A stretch of 32,000 nucleotides of DNA from contig NZ_LT934425.1 of NCBI RefSeq assembly GCF_900232105.1, positions 4,170,001 to 4,202,000 on the forward strand. Direction: 5' to 3'. Under the pieces are notes generated by a model that had not been told where the DNA came from, made no database searches, and worked only from the letters and a program-made list of their open reading frames with translations. The DNA comes from Candidatus Kuenenia stuttgartensis. Lineage in GTDB: Bacteria; Planctomycetota; Brocadiia; Brocadiales; Brocadiaceae. A program made the position numbers and the translations under genes. The number at the start of each line of letters is the position of its first letter. The stretch's first letter is position 1. Below, piece after piece: positions 23,405 through 32,000 of this stretch.

Positions 23405-25330
23405 TTAAGGACGGAATCTGCCAAAGAATCTCTTACCCTTAGTCCTGGATTTTGTTTTCTTTAATTGCTTTTTGACTTGTGATGCATCTGCGCTCGTCAC
23501 TTCCTGATCCGTTTGTTCTTCCGTCTCAAACCCCAACACGTCCACAACAAAAACAAACGACTTGCTCTCCGTTAAGCAAATAATGAAAGTGACATCTACC
23601 GATTCTCCCGGGCTTAGTACACCATCCGCATAAGCATCTGCTGTCAATGGAATGGTCATTGTTGCCCCTTCTCCACCATCCCCTCCGTCTGCATTATGGA
23701 GTAGATTTCCATTTGTCAATGTTTTAACCAAAACCACAAGGCCTGTAAGGGGCGGACTGCTGCTCTTGTTTGTAAGTTTGGCACCAAAGCTAAATTTTCC
23801 AACAAATCCAGGTGGACAATCGGTGGTATCAGTAGTAATCACGTAAGTTGAACGATCCCTTACAAATCTAACAAAGTCATTAACAATCCCTGGGTACTCT
23901 ACTGCACCAATGTCGCATACAACACTACCATCGCCATTGCCATCTGTGCGAGGATTCCCAAGCTGGTCAGTTTGTGTATCAGGATAATCCTGATACACGT
24001 CATTGGCGCCTGCATCAATGGCAGGGCTGGTTGATAGCAGTGGGAAGTGGCCATTGCCAGGTGTCCCGTCATCGGTGAAGGCGCCCAAACCTGAGTCCCC
24101 TGTGAGGTCGCTTGGTTGAAGGATGATGTTGACGTGGCTACCAGTAGTATTGCCAATAAGATTATTGCCCAGTGATATGATATCACCGAAACAATCTTGC
24201 GCCGCCCCTTGTGACGCTGTATTTCCAGCAATGATGGTGTTTTGTATTTTTACGCTTGTGTTTCCTACGGGTGAAGCAATTCCGCCGCCGCCACGGCCAG
24301 CACTGTTTTCGCTGACGGTGCAGTTGATGAGCAAGCATTGTGCTAGAAAATTAACCCATATGCCACCACCATCGTGGTATGGTACAGTGTTATTAGCGAT
24401 TGTGCTGTTAATAATTGTCATCGTGCCGGTTCTGTGGTGTATTCCGCCCCCCTCGAAAACAGAATAATTACCACTAATATCGGTGTTATTTATCGTCAGG
24501 TTTCCAGAATGATTGATGATACCACCACCGCCGCCACCAGTGCCGCCATTGTCAGCATTGTCTTTGACTGTGCAACTGCTTAACGTTAAATCTCCATTGT
24601 TTCCGATTCCACCACCAGCACTAACAGTTCTTCCTATGCTCTGATTGCTGCTGATGGTGCTGTTGATGATTGTCATCGTTCCCAGGTTCCATATGCCACC
24701 ACAACTGGAATGGGCTATATTGTTGCTGATGATGCTACTGGTAATTATTGCCGTGCCTGCGTTATAGATGCCTCCAGCATCGTCACCGGCCATATTGTCG
24801 CTGACTGTGCTATTTTTTATTGTCAGTTTGCCGAGATTCCTGATACCACCGCCGTCATGTTCTGAATCCTCAGGAACTCGTTCAGTAGCAGTAGCACCTC
24901 TCATAACGGTTAGTCCATCTAACTCCAGAGTTCCTGTATCAGCAACATGAAAAATACGAAAAAAAGGTTCACTATCGCTACGTTCGATGATGGTGGTGTC
25001 AGCACCAGCACCTTTTATGGTGATATTGCTTCTGATAGAAGGTAAGCCCGTTGGTCCGTCGGTATGGGTGGTATCGTTATACACATCCGGCAGGGTATAG
25101 GTGTCAGCCGCCATGGTAATCGTATCGGTTCCCGGATGTTCAACTTCATTGTTAGCGTCATTGATTGCATTAATCAATTGTGAAACGTTACTGACAAGAA
25201 AATCAGTAGCATTAATGGTACGTGGCACAGATAGTGCGAAGACTGTGAATGAAATGAATAGCACCTGCGCATACCCCAAATAAGCAAAACTTCCATATCC
25301 CCTTTCCCTTTTGTTCCTTACCGTGTTCAT
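23405..25330 (-). CDS. Secreted right-handed beta-helix repeat protein (PbH1 / choice-of-anchor-Q-like) with a C-terminal module shared with the next gene
   Basis: It has a signal peptide and many GGGI.N.G.LT(I/L).NST(I/V)S.N repeats. The motif DQLGNPRTDGNGDGSVVCDIGAVEY is typical of this domain's end. The last ~160 aa are homologous to the C-terminus of the 25391-30085 product. The RBS AAGGAG lies upstream. Confidence 0.75.
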   Translation of the reverse strand: MNTVRNKRERGYGSFAYLGYAQVLFISFTVFALSVPRTINATDFLVSNVSQLINAINDANNEVEHPGTDTITMAADTYTLPDVYNDTTHTDGPTGLPSIRSNITIKGAGADTTIIERSDSEPFFRIFHVADTGTLELDGLTVMRGATATERVPEDSEHDGGGIRNLGKLTIKNSTVSDNMAGDDAGGIYNAGTAIITSSIISNNIAHSSCGGIWNLGTMTIINSTISSNQSIGRTVSAGGGIGNNGDLTLSSCTVKDNADNGGTGGGGGGIINHSGNLTINNTDISGNYSVFEGGGIHHRTGTMTIINSTIANNTVPYHDGGGIWVNFLAQCLLINCTVSENSAGRGGGGIASPVGNTSVKIQNTIIAGNTASQGAAQDCFGDIISLGNNLIGNTTGSHVNIILQPSDLTGDSGLGAFTDDGTPGNGHFPLLSTSPAIDAGANDVYQDYPDTQTDQLGNPRTDGNGDGSVVCDIGAVEYPGIVNDFVRFVRDRSTYVITTDTTDCPPGFVGKFSFGAKLTNKSSSPPLTGLVVLVKTLTNGNLLHNADGGDGGEGATMTIPLTADAYADGVLSPGESVDVTFIICLTESKSFVFVVDVLGFETEEQTDQEVTSADASQVKKQLKKTKSRTKGKRFFGRFRP

Positions 25331-25390
25331 ATGCCGCTCCTTTTACGCTACGTGCGTTATGTGTAGTATGTGTTCAAAACATATTTCCAA

Positions 25391-28300
25391 TTAAGGATGG
25401 AATCTGCGAAAGAAACCTTTTCTCATAAGTCCTGATCCTTTCCCGAATTTTGCAAGACCTGGTTTAATGTCTGTTGATTGGAGTTCTGCAACTTGTAAAG
25501 AATCTGTTTGTCCTTCCTTAATCCCCAATACATCCACAACGAAACCAAACGACTTGCTCTCAGTTAAGCAAATAATGAAAGAGACATCTACCGATTCCCC
25601 CGGGCTTAGTACGCCATCGGCATAATCACCAATATTTGGAACAGTCAACCTTGCTCCCACCCCGCCTGGTACTCCATCGGCATTTTGCAATACGTTGTTA
25701 TTCGTTAATTCTACAACCTCCATCACGAGATCCGTAAGCGGAGGGTTATTTCTTTTGTTTTTCAGCGTTGCATCGAAACTAAACTGCCCCACAAACTCAT
25801 CCCCACAACCGGTTGTATCAGAAGTAGTCTGATATGTTGATCGTACAGGTTTAAAGGCAACAAGGTCATTAATAATTTCCGGGCTTGGCGCTGGTGCTTC
25901 TCCAAGGACAATGTCTCCCAGTGCCGATGTATCCAAATAATTATTTGCCGTTCCTATCCAGACAACCTGTCCTTCACGACCCGACCAATCGTCGTCATCA
26001 TTGTATCCCACACTAAAGCCAATGGTCATACCTGCCGTGGGGGTAATTCCCAGATTGCTCCATGGTATGGCCAGTTCTATACTATACCCGCCAGTAATTG
26101 TCGCCCAGGCATGCAATACGTCCGTTTTCTTACCATTTTTTTCAAAAAGTGTTTCATCATTCCATCCTTTAATGAACTGACGATCGTAACTATCGTATGT
26201 CGTACCGTGATTATGGTCGCCGTCAATATAGATCTCCACACTGTCATTTTCATGCACAGACGTTGAGTCATTATAGAGGGTATCATCCAGCACCTTAACA
26301 CCTACGTAGAGGTAGGTATTATCCCAGAGTACCCCGAACGTTGCGGTGTTGTTCGTAGTCCCAATGACCACATTACTCACATCGGTTGCAATGTCCCATG
26401 CCGATTCGTCTAAGTTTCCATCCACGGCTAGATTCAGGCTCACATAAGGCACGGTCACCGGATTTGCGGAAAGATTACTGTCAAACTTTGATACAAAGGC
26501 ATCAGTAGGACCGCCACTATAACCAGCAAGAGAAGGATCATATGCATCAGTGGTTGTTGGAAAGTCTGAAGACCAAGTCGCACCAGTCACATAGACATCT
26601 CCATTTGGGGCTATCGCTATAGACATGCAAAATTCACTGCTAGCTCCTCCAAGATATGTGGATGCAAGGAGGCTGGTTAAATCACTATTGAGCTTTGATA
26701 CAAAGGCATCTTCGTTACCAGTGAGGATGCCGTTAAACGAAGTATCATAGGCGCCTCGAGTTGTTGGAAAGTCTGATGATGAAGTACTGCCAGCCACATA
26801 GACATTTTCCCATGAGTCTATGGTTAGAGAATAGCAAAACTCACCGGAAGACCCTCCAAGATATGTTGATGCAAGGAGTTTTGTTAGATCACCGCTTAAC
26901 TTTGATACAAAAGCATTTGTCCAACCATCTTTAAAAGTATCATAAGCGCTAGCGGTTGTCGGAAAGTCTGCTGAGTTAGTCCAGCCAGCTACATATACAT
27001 TCCCCCCTGAATCTATAACAATAGAACGGCCATAATCCCAATTAGTCCCCCCTAAATACGTGGATGCAAGGATGCTGGCTAAATCACCGCTGAGTTTTGA
27101 TACAAAGGCATCTTCTCTATAAGTACTACCATTGTAAGAAGTATCATAGGCACCCGTAGTTGTTGGAAAGTTTGGTGATGAAGTACTGCCAGCTACATAG
27201 ATATTTCCCCCTGAGCCTATGGCAATATCCTGGATCACCCCTCCGTTCAGAGATTTGGAAGCAATGAGGTTTGTTAATGTATCATTTAGTTTCAACACAG
27301 CAGAACCACGAGCCACATAGATATTTCCCCCTGAGTCTATGGCTATCGAATCGCCTGAACCCCAGCCAGATCCCAAATATGTTGAAGCAAGGAGGTTGGT
27401 TAGATCATTACTGAGCCTTGCTAGAAAGGCACTACCGGAAGTATTATAAGCGCCCGGGGTGGTTGGAAAGTCCGATGACAAAGTTTCACCCGTCACATAT
27501 ACATTCCCGCTTGCATCGAGGGCGATAGCATTACCATAATCATCGTCAGAACCCCCCAGATACGTGGATACAAGGAGATTTGTTAAATCGCTACTTAGCT
27601 TCGATACAAAGGCATCATGACCACCATTAAAAGAAGTGTCATAAACACCCGAGGTTGTTGGAAAACCTGACGTACTAGTCGAACCTGCTACATATACATT
27701 CCCACTTGAGTCAATAGTTACAGAAGTACCGTAATCAAAGCCACCGGAAGACCCTCCTAGATATGTGGATGCAAGAAGGTTGGTCAAATCACCGTTGAGC
27801 TTCGATACAAAGACATCATAACCATCATTAAAAGAAGTATCATAAGCACCCGGAGTTGTTGGAAAGTCTGATGACCAGGCCGAACCAGTTAAATATATAT
27901 TCCCGTTTGAGTCTATGGCTATAGCGCTAATATATCCTCCACTATCTCCATATCCTCCACCCAAATATTTTGAAGCAAGGGGGCTGGTTAAATCACCAGT
28001 AAGCTTCAATACATTAGAACCACCCGTAATATATACATTCCCCTCTGAGTCTATGGCTATATCATTGCCAGCATCACTGGCAACCCATTCCAGATATGTG
28101 GATGAAAGGAGAGTGGTTAAATCACTATTGATCTTTGATACGAAGACATTAAAATCATAATAATCATCAAAATAAGTATCATAAGCACCTGGAGTTGTTG
28201 GAAAGTCTGTTGATCCTGTTGAACCAGTCACATAGATATTTCCCCCCGAATCTATGGCTATAGCATTACCAGAATCTTCGCCATCTCCTCCCAGATAGGT

Positions 28301-30085
28301 GGATGCAAGGAGGCTCGTTAATGCACTATTAAGCTTTGATACAAAGACATCGCTACCGCCATTAAAATAATCATCATAGACACCCGAGGTTGTTGGAAAA
28401 CTTGATGACCCGGTCGAACCAGTTACATAGACATTTCCATATGAATCTATGGCTGTAGCACTGATAGATCCTCCACTCAAAGATGTGGAACCAAGGAGAC
28501 TTGTTAACGCCCCATTGAGCTTAAATACGGTGTCACCCCCCCCCACATAAATATTTCCTCCAGTGTCTATGGCTATTGAAGTGCCTGCGTTTCCCAAATA
28601 TGTAGAAGCAAGGAGGCTGGTTAGATCATTACTTAGCCTTGATACAAAGCCACTACCGGAAGTATTATAAGCACCCGGGGTAGTTGGAAAGTCTGTTGAC
28701 CCGGTTGAACCAGTCACATAAATATTTCCCCCAGAATCTATGGCTATAGCATTGCCAGAATCTTCGCCAACTCCTCCCAAATAGGTGGATGCAAGGAGGC
28801 TGGTTAAGTCACTATTGAGCTTTGACACAAAGGCATAATCACTACCATTAAAAAAAGTATCATAGGCGCCGGGAGTTGTGGGAAAGTCTGGTGACCCAGT
28901 CGAACCAGTCACATAGATATTTCCCCCTGAATCTATGGCTATAGCATTACCATAGTCCGCACCAGATCCTCCGGATCCTCCCAAGTATGTGGACTCAAGG
29001 AGTGGGTCAATTACAACCTCCCGTGACCTGTCATAGTCTTCAAGTTTAAAACTATACTCATTACCTATTACAACATAAGCAGCCTCAATGTATTGTCTGT
29101 CACTGAGATCCCCCTCACCCCTACCCTTTCCCGCAAGGGGAGCGGAAGAACGGCTTTTTTTTGTAGTGGTAGAAGGAACTTTGGATTCCTGATAGACTAT
29201 GGGCTTTGTGAACTTGACGATACCTAACGCCGTCTCCGCCTCAAGCAGTCCATCTTCATTTACTTTTAATGTCTTTGCACCGCTCAGTCTCAGTTTTATC
29301 GCCGTGGGGTCTGCGCCAGGCTTTACATAAAAGAGTTTTTCGACGTTATTCCCGTACGCCTTCAGTTTTAGTTCTATTCCATTATAAACTTCCCCAAGCG
29401 TCACCACATCATACGTCTGGATATTGGTCTTCCACTTCGATTGATCATTTCCTCTGAAGTCGTTCACAGTTGTGGTGGCCTTCTTTTCCCCTTTTATCTT
29501 ACCAATCCAGCCGCCTACCATCTCCTCTTTCAATACTACTCCCCTTGTCCCTTGTTTCTTTTTATTTTCGGAATGGCCTTGTTTACCGTCATCCTGCTTC
29601 GTATCATTCTGTCCGCCAGCCTTTACTGACGGGCTATTTGCAGGCGAGTGATGATGCATACCGTCAAATCCCCCTGCATTTCCCTTTTCCCCTTTGTTAA
29701 TGGGGGATTTATGAGGATTTACCGGTCTGTTGTGGGCATGGACGTCGGCCCCTCCATTTTTTCGTTGGGGCAGGGAATAGACAATCTCTCCATTCTTCGT
29801 TACAAATACCGTTCCCCCAAATGTGTTAGCATAGAACATTACCCTTTCATCGGTTTGCCCTTCATTGGCTATAAAAGGCATCTGAAGTTTCCTTGTCCTT
29901 TGAACAACCTCTGCCATACTCAATTGCTCATCCCCGGTCGAAGCCGGAGAGAGGTTTTTGATTACAGATTGCGGACTTATTGGTTTAGACAATGGTTTAC
30001 CTGTATCAGCCAGGAGGATTTTGAAGAAAAAAACGACCGGCAAAAGAACCGCAAGTAATACAAAAAACTTGTTCTTCTTTTTCAT
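25391..30085 (-). CDS. Giant secreted SBBP (beta-propeller) repeat protein with a CBM9-like domain and the shared C-terminal module
   Basis: It has a signal peptide (MKKKNKFFVLLAVLLPVVFFF) and about 14 repeats of STYLGG..D.G.AIAIDSGGNIYVTG.T.S.DFPTTPGAYDT...G..DAFVSKL. A CBM9-like block (LNLAVDGNLDESAWD...WDNTYLYVGVKVLDD...DSVEIYIDGDH...GYSIELAIPWSNLG) follows, then the shared C-terminal module. The ATG at 30085 with RBS GGAGGA is preferred over 30100. Confidence 0.85.
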   Translation of the reverse strand: MKKKNKFFVLLAVLLPVVFFFKILLADTGKPLSKPISPQSVIKNLSPASTGDEQLSMAEVVQRTRKLQMPFIANEGQTDERVMFYANTFGGTVFVTKNGEIVYSLPQRKNGGADVHAHNRPVNPHKSPINKGEKGNAGGFDGMHHHSPANSPSVKAGGQNDTKQDDGKQGHSENKKKQGTRGVVLKEEMVGGWIGKIKGEKKATTTVNDFRGNDQSKWKTNIQTYDVVTLGEVYNGIELKLKAYGNNVEKLFYVKPGADPTAIKLRLSGAKTLKVNEDGLLEAETALGIVKFTKPIVYQESKVPSTTTKKSRSSAPLAGKGRGEGDLSDRQYIEAAYVVIGNEYSFKLEDYDRSREVVIDPLLESTYLGGSGGSGADYGNAIAIDSGGNIYVTGSTGSPDFPTTPGAYDTFFNGSDYAFVSKLNSDLTSLLASTYLGGVGEDSGNAIAIDSGGNIYVTGSTGSTDFPTTPGAYNTSGSGFVSRLSNDLTSLLASTYLGNAGTSIAIDTGGNIYVGGGDTVFKLNGALTSLLGSTSLSGGSISATAIDSYGNVYVTGSTGSSSFPTTSGVYDDYFNGGSDVFVSKLNSALTSLLASTYLGGDGEDSGNAIAIDSGGNIYVTGSTGSTDFPTTPGAYDTYFDDYYDFNVFVSKINSDLTTLLSSTYLEWVASDAGNDIAIDSEGNVYITGGSNVLKLTGDLTSPLASKYLGGGYGDSGGYISAIAIDSNGNIYLTGSAWSSDFPTTPGAYDTSFNDGYDVFVSKLNGDLTNLLASTYLGGSSGGFDYGTSVTIDSSGNVYVAGSTSTSGFPTTSGVYDTSFNGGHDAFVSKLSSDLTNLLVSTYLGGSDDDYGNAIALDASGNVYVTGETLSSDFPTTPGAYNTSGSAFLARLSNDLTNLLASTYLGSGWGSGDSIAIDSGGNIYVARGSAVLKLNDTLTNLIASKSLNGGVIQDIAIGSGGNIYVAGSTSSPNFPTTTGAYDTSYNGSTYREDAFVSKLSGDLASILASTYLGGTNWDYGRSIVIDSGGNVYVAGWTNSADFPTTASAYDTFKDGWTNAFVSKLSGDLTKLLASTYLGGSSGEFCYSLTIDSWENVYVAGSTSSSDFPTTRGAYDTSFNGILTGNEDAFVSKLNSDLTSLLASTYLGGASSEFCMSIAIAPNGDVYVTGATWSSDFPTTTDAYDPSLAGYSGGPTDAFVSKFDSNLSANPVTVPYVSLNLAVDGNLDESAWDIATDVSNVVIGTTNNTATFGVLWDNTYLYVGVKVLDDTLYNDSTSVHENDSVEIYIDGDHNHGTTYDSYDRQFIKGWNDETLFEKNGKKTDVLHAWATITGGYSIELAIPWSNLGITPTAGMTIGFSVGYNDDDDWSGREGQVVWIGTANNYLDTSALGDIVLGEAPAPSPEIINDLVAFKPVRSTYQTTSDTTGCGDEFVGQFSFDATLKNKRNNPPLTDLVMEVVELTNNNVLQNADGVPGGVGARLTVPNIGDYADGVLSPGESVDVSFIICLTESKSFGFVVDVLGIKEGQTDSLQVAELQSTDIKPGLAKFGKGSGLMRKGFFRRFHP

Positions 30086-30294
30086 TTTACCATCCTCCAT
30101 TATTGATTATATGAAAACCCGTATCTCACAACGCACACTACTTTGAAACTACAAAATACTTTGATACGGAACATTGGCCAGCCACAAGGGTTGCGGCGCT
30201 ACATTTCCATGCTTCCCCATGCGCCCTTAGGGAATGAGGTTTTTTGCAAATATTCATTAAAAAACCTATAGCATATAGCATATTAAAAATAATT

Positions 30295-30330
30295 CATTTG
30301 TATATACCCTATTTTGGGTGTATACAAATG
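30295..30330. promoter_or_regulatory. 15-bp inverted repeat (operator-like) upstream of the large surface-protein gene
   Basis: CATTTGTATATACCC tatttt GGGTGTATACAAATG matches at 14 of 15 positions. It lies about 210-245 bp upstream of the 30085 start on the minus strand. Confidence 0.3.
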
Positions 30331-30898
30331 GATGCCTACTTTTGGGTTAATGGATACATGCGTTTGCGCTTCTGTCAAACTACCGAAATACGACAGGCCT
30401 GAAGGATTGAAAGCATATAGCCAAGGGCTTGGGTCATACGCATCAACCTAACTTGGCAGTAGTTGTAAAGGTTAGCATTGCAAGAACATGTGATATTAAG
30501 TGTGGGTAGGTGAAGCGTTATCGTGCTTATTTATTTGTGCGTTGTACGCTGAGAGGATATAAAAAACCGGCATTTAAAGCAAGGGAGAGGTTAAAAACAA
30601 CAATTTTTCAAAGAGAGGGCAAAATTTTTTTTAAATAAACACATTTTTTTCGGGACATACCTAAATTTTTTTGATATAAGGAAAATATAACTTACACCTA
30701 AATCCTGCAAACGATTTTCGCAATGCGAAAATCAGTATTTTCCACTACCAAGATTGGCAAAAAGCGATAACAGATATCCGTTTTTTAGCAATTGTGGTAG
30801 CGCTATTGTACTACTTTAAACATTACTTTGTTAAAGAAAGCGTCTGAAAAAATATTTTTAAGTCGTAAGTCGAGTCGGCCACAACTTATGACTTAGCA

Positions 30899-31999
30899 AT
30901 GCTTTGCGATAAATATTTACTCTTGATTTTGCTCGTTACTTCCGGTATTAATTGCACTTGTAAATTTTTTACACAATCAATTACCGGAGCAAAGGATTTG
31001 AGTATTTTCAGAACAAACATACCGTTATTAAATAAATTTCTTGAACATTTTGCATCGTGTTTTACTAAAAAACAATTTGCAATGTTTCTACTTGTCGTCT
31101 ACGCAATGTTTAAAGACTATAAAAGAAATTCACTGGAGGCCATGGCGCAAGCCGTTCATACGGATTACCAGAAATTTCAATGCTTCTTTTCTGAATCCAA
31201 ATGGGATTTACCCGCATTAAAGCAGAAAAGAATGGACATTATCCAAAAACAAAGAACCACGGCATTGACAAAAGACAGCATCCTTACCATAGATGATACC
31301 GGATGTCCAAAGCCCTATGCTAAAAATACAGAGGCAGCCAAATGGCAATATTGCGGTCCGCTTAAAAGGCCGGAAACCTGCAATGTTGTTGTTGGCGCGG
31401 CATTTGTCTCAAAAACAAAACATTTTCCCCTGGATGTTATTCCCTACCTTCCTGCCGATGAGTTCGGGGAAGGGAAAAATGATCCCAAATTTAAAGACAA
31501 AATACAAATAGCAATGGATATGTTTGATGCTGCTTCTAACGTCTTTGATTTTTCAGCTATTGCCTTCGACACATGGTATGCCTCTCAACGGTTTCTCGAA
31601 CATATTCACGCAAAAAAGAAACACTTTTTTTCAGAAATAAAATCAAACAGAAATATCTCCATGTACCATCCGGAAAAACAAAAATATTGCATAATCAAAC
31701 CAGATGAGCTCGTGACCCTCATCAAAAAGCATTATGCCGACAAAACCAAGTATGTTACTTTAAAATCCGCGGATGGAAGTGAAGTTTCCTATAAAACCTA
31801 CACGTTTGACGCCAAACTGAATGGTTGCAATGTCCCGTTGAAGTTTGTGGTAATTTTGGGAAAATGGAACAAGGAAGATGATAAAAAATATCATGTCCTT
31901 ATCACCAATCAACTCGACGCCTCTGTAAAAACGGTTATCACAAACTATCTGTTGCGTTGGGGTATTGAACACTGTTTCAAGGAATTGAAGGATACTTTT
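30899..31999 (+). CDS. IS701-family (DDE_5-like) transposase, 3'-truncated by the window end; absent from the ORF track
   Basis: The frame is open from the stop at 30866 to base 32000. The translation includes ILTIDDTGCPKPYAKNTEAAKWQYCGPLKRPETCNVVVGAAF (the DDTG...QYCG...NC.V pattern), AFDTWYAS and YLLRWGIEHCFKELKDTF. The start is uncertain (ATG 30899 or TTG 30998). Confidence 0.75.
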   Translation, partial: MLCDKYLLLILLVTSGINCTCKFFTQSITGAKDLSIFRTNIPLLNKFLEHFASCFTKKQFAMFLLVVYAMFKDYKRNSLEAMAQAVHTDYQKFQCFFSESKWDLPALKQKRMDIIQKQRTTALTKDSILTIDDTGCPKPYAKNTEAAKWQYCGPLKRPETCNVVVGAAFVSKTKHFPLDVIPYLPADEFGEGKNDPKFKDKIQIAMDMFDAASNVFDFSAIAFDTWYASQRFLEHIHAKKKHFFSEIKSNRNISMYHPEKQKYCIIKPDELVTLIKKHYADKTKYVTLKSADGSEVSYKTYTFDAKLNGCNVPLKFVVILGKWNKEDDKKYHVLITNQLDASVKTVITNYLLRWGIEHCFKELKDTF

Positions 32000-32000
32000 T

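Noticed and set aside
30446-30477. Third attC-like site (ACCTAAC...GTTAGCA)
   Set aside because: It is only 32 nt end to end, well below the minimum attC length of about 55 nt. It has no L-box pairing and no adjacent cassette ORF. Probably a chance small hairpin.
31293-31511. 72-aa ORF listed in the track
   Set aside because: It is out of frame within the much longer IS701-like transposase reading frame that runs to the window end.

Overview
IS-rich bacterial chromosomal segment of 32 kb, roughly 40% GC by eye. No homology search or RNA folding could be run, so every call rests on reading the translated ORFs and the raw sequence. The gene content (an Amt ammonium channel fused to a histidine kinase as in Ks-Amt5, sat-aprBA, and large SBBP and beta-helix surface proteins) suggests an anammox-type planctomycete such as Kuenenia or Brocadia; this is inference only.

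Layout:
- 1-1100: an IS630-family element nested in an IS4-like transposase gene.
- 1248-5206: the Amt-histidine kinase fusion and an O-antigen-ligase-like/TPR membrane protein.
- 5554-7313: a frameshifted ISAs1-type transposase carrying an extra DUF4338-like N-terminal domain.
- 7590-8308: a RelE/ParE-type toxin-antitoxin pair bounded on both sides by integron attC-like sites, followed directly by a 181-bp MITE with 27-bp perfect terminal inverted repeats and an 8-bp target duplication.
- 9137-14780: PolX, tRNA-Asp(GUC), sat and a compact aprBA.
- 15201-16066: a repeat-built tail-anchored coiled-coil protein and a secreted rhodanese.
- 16235-23308 (minus strand): the most interesting region, a RiPP-like cluster.
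- 23405-30085: two large secreted proteins (a 641-aa beta-helix protein and a ~1564-aa SBBP-repeat protein) that share a C-terminal module, a basic FF-R-F-x-P tail and 19 nt of 3' flank.
- 30899-end: an IS701-like transposase ORF that runs off the window and is absent from the ORF track.

The RiPP-like cluster combines lasso-type leader-processing genes (a PqqD/B1 protein and a B2 transglutaminase-like protease) with a radical SAM enzyme carrying a SPASM/twitch domain, an HPr-kinase-like kinase and an NTP_transf_5-like nucleotidyltransferase. No lasso cyclase is present anywhere in the window. A 58-aa ORF below the ORF-track cutoff carries an exact lasso-type leader motif but has a 9-aa acid-free core. 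An IS110-family element with a perfect 2 x 296 bp tandem duplication in its 3' non-coding region splits the cluster.
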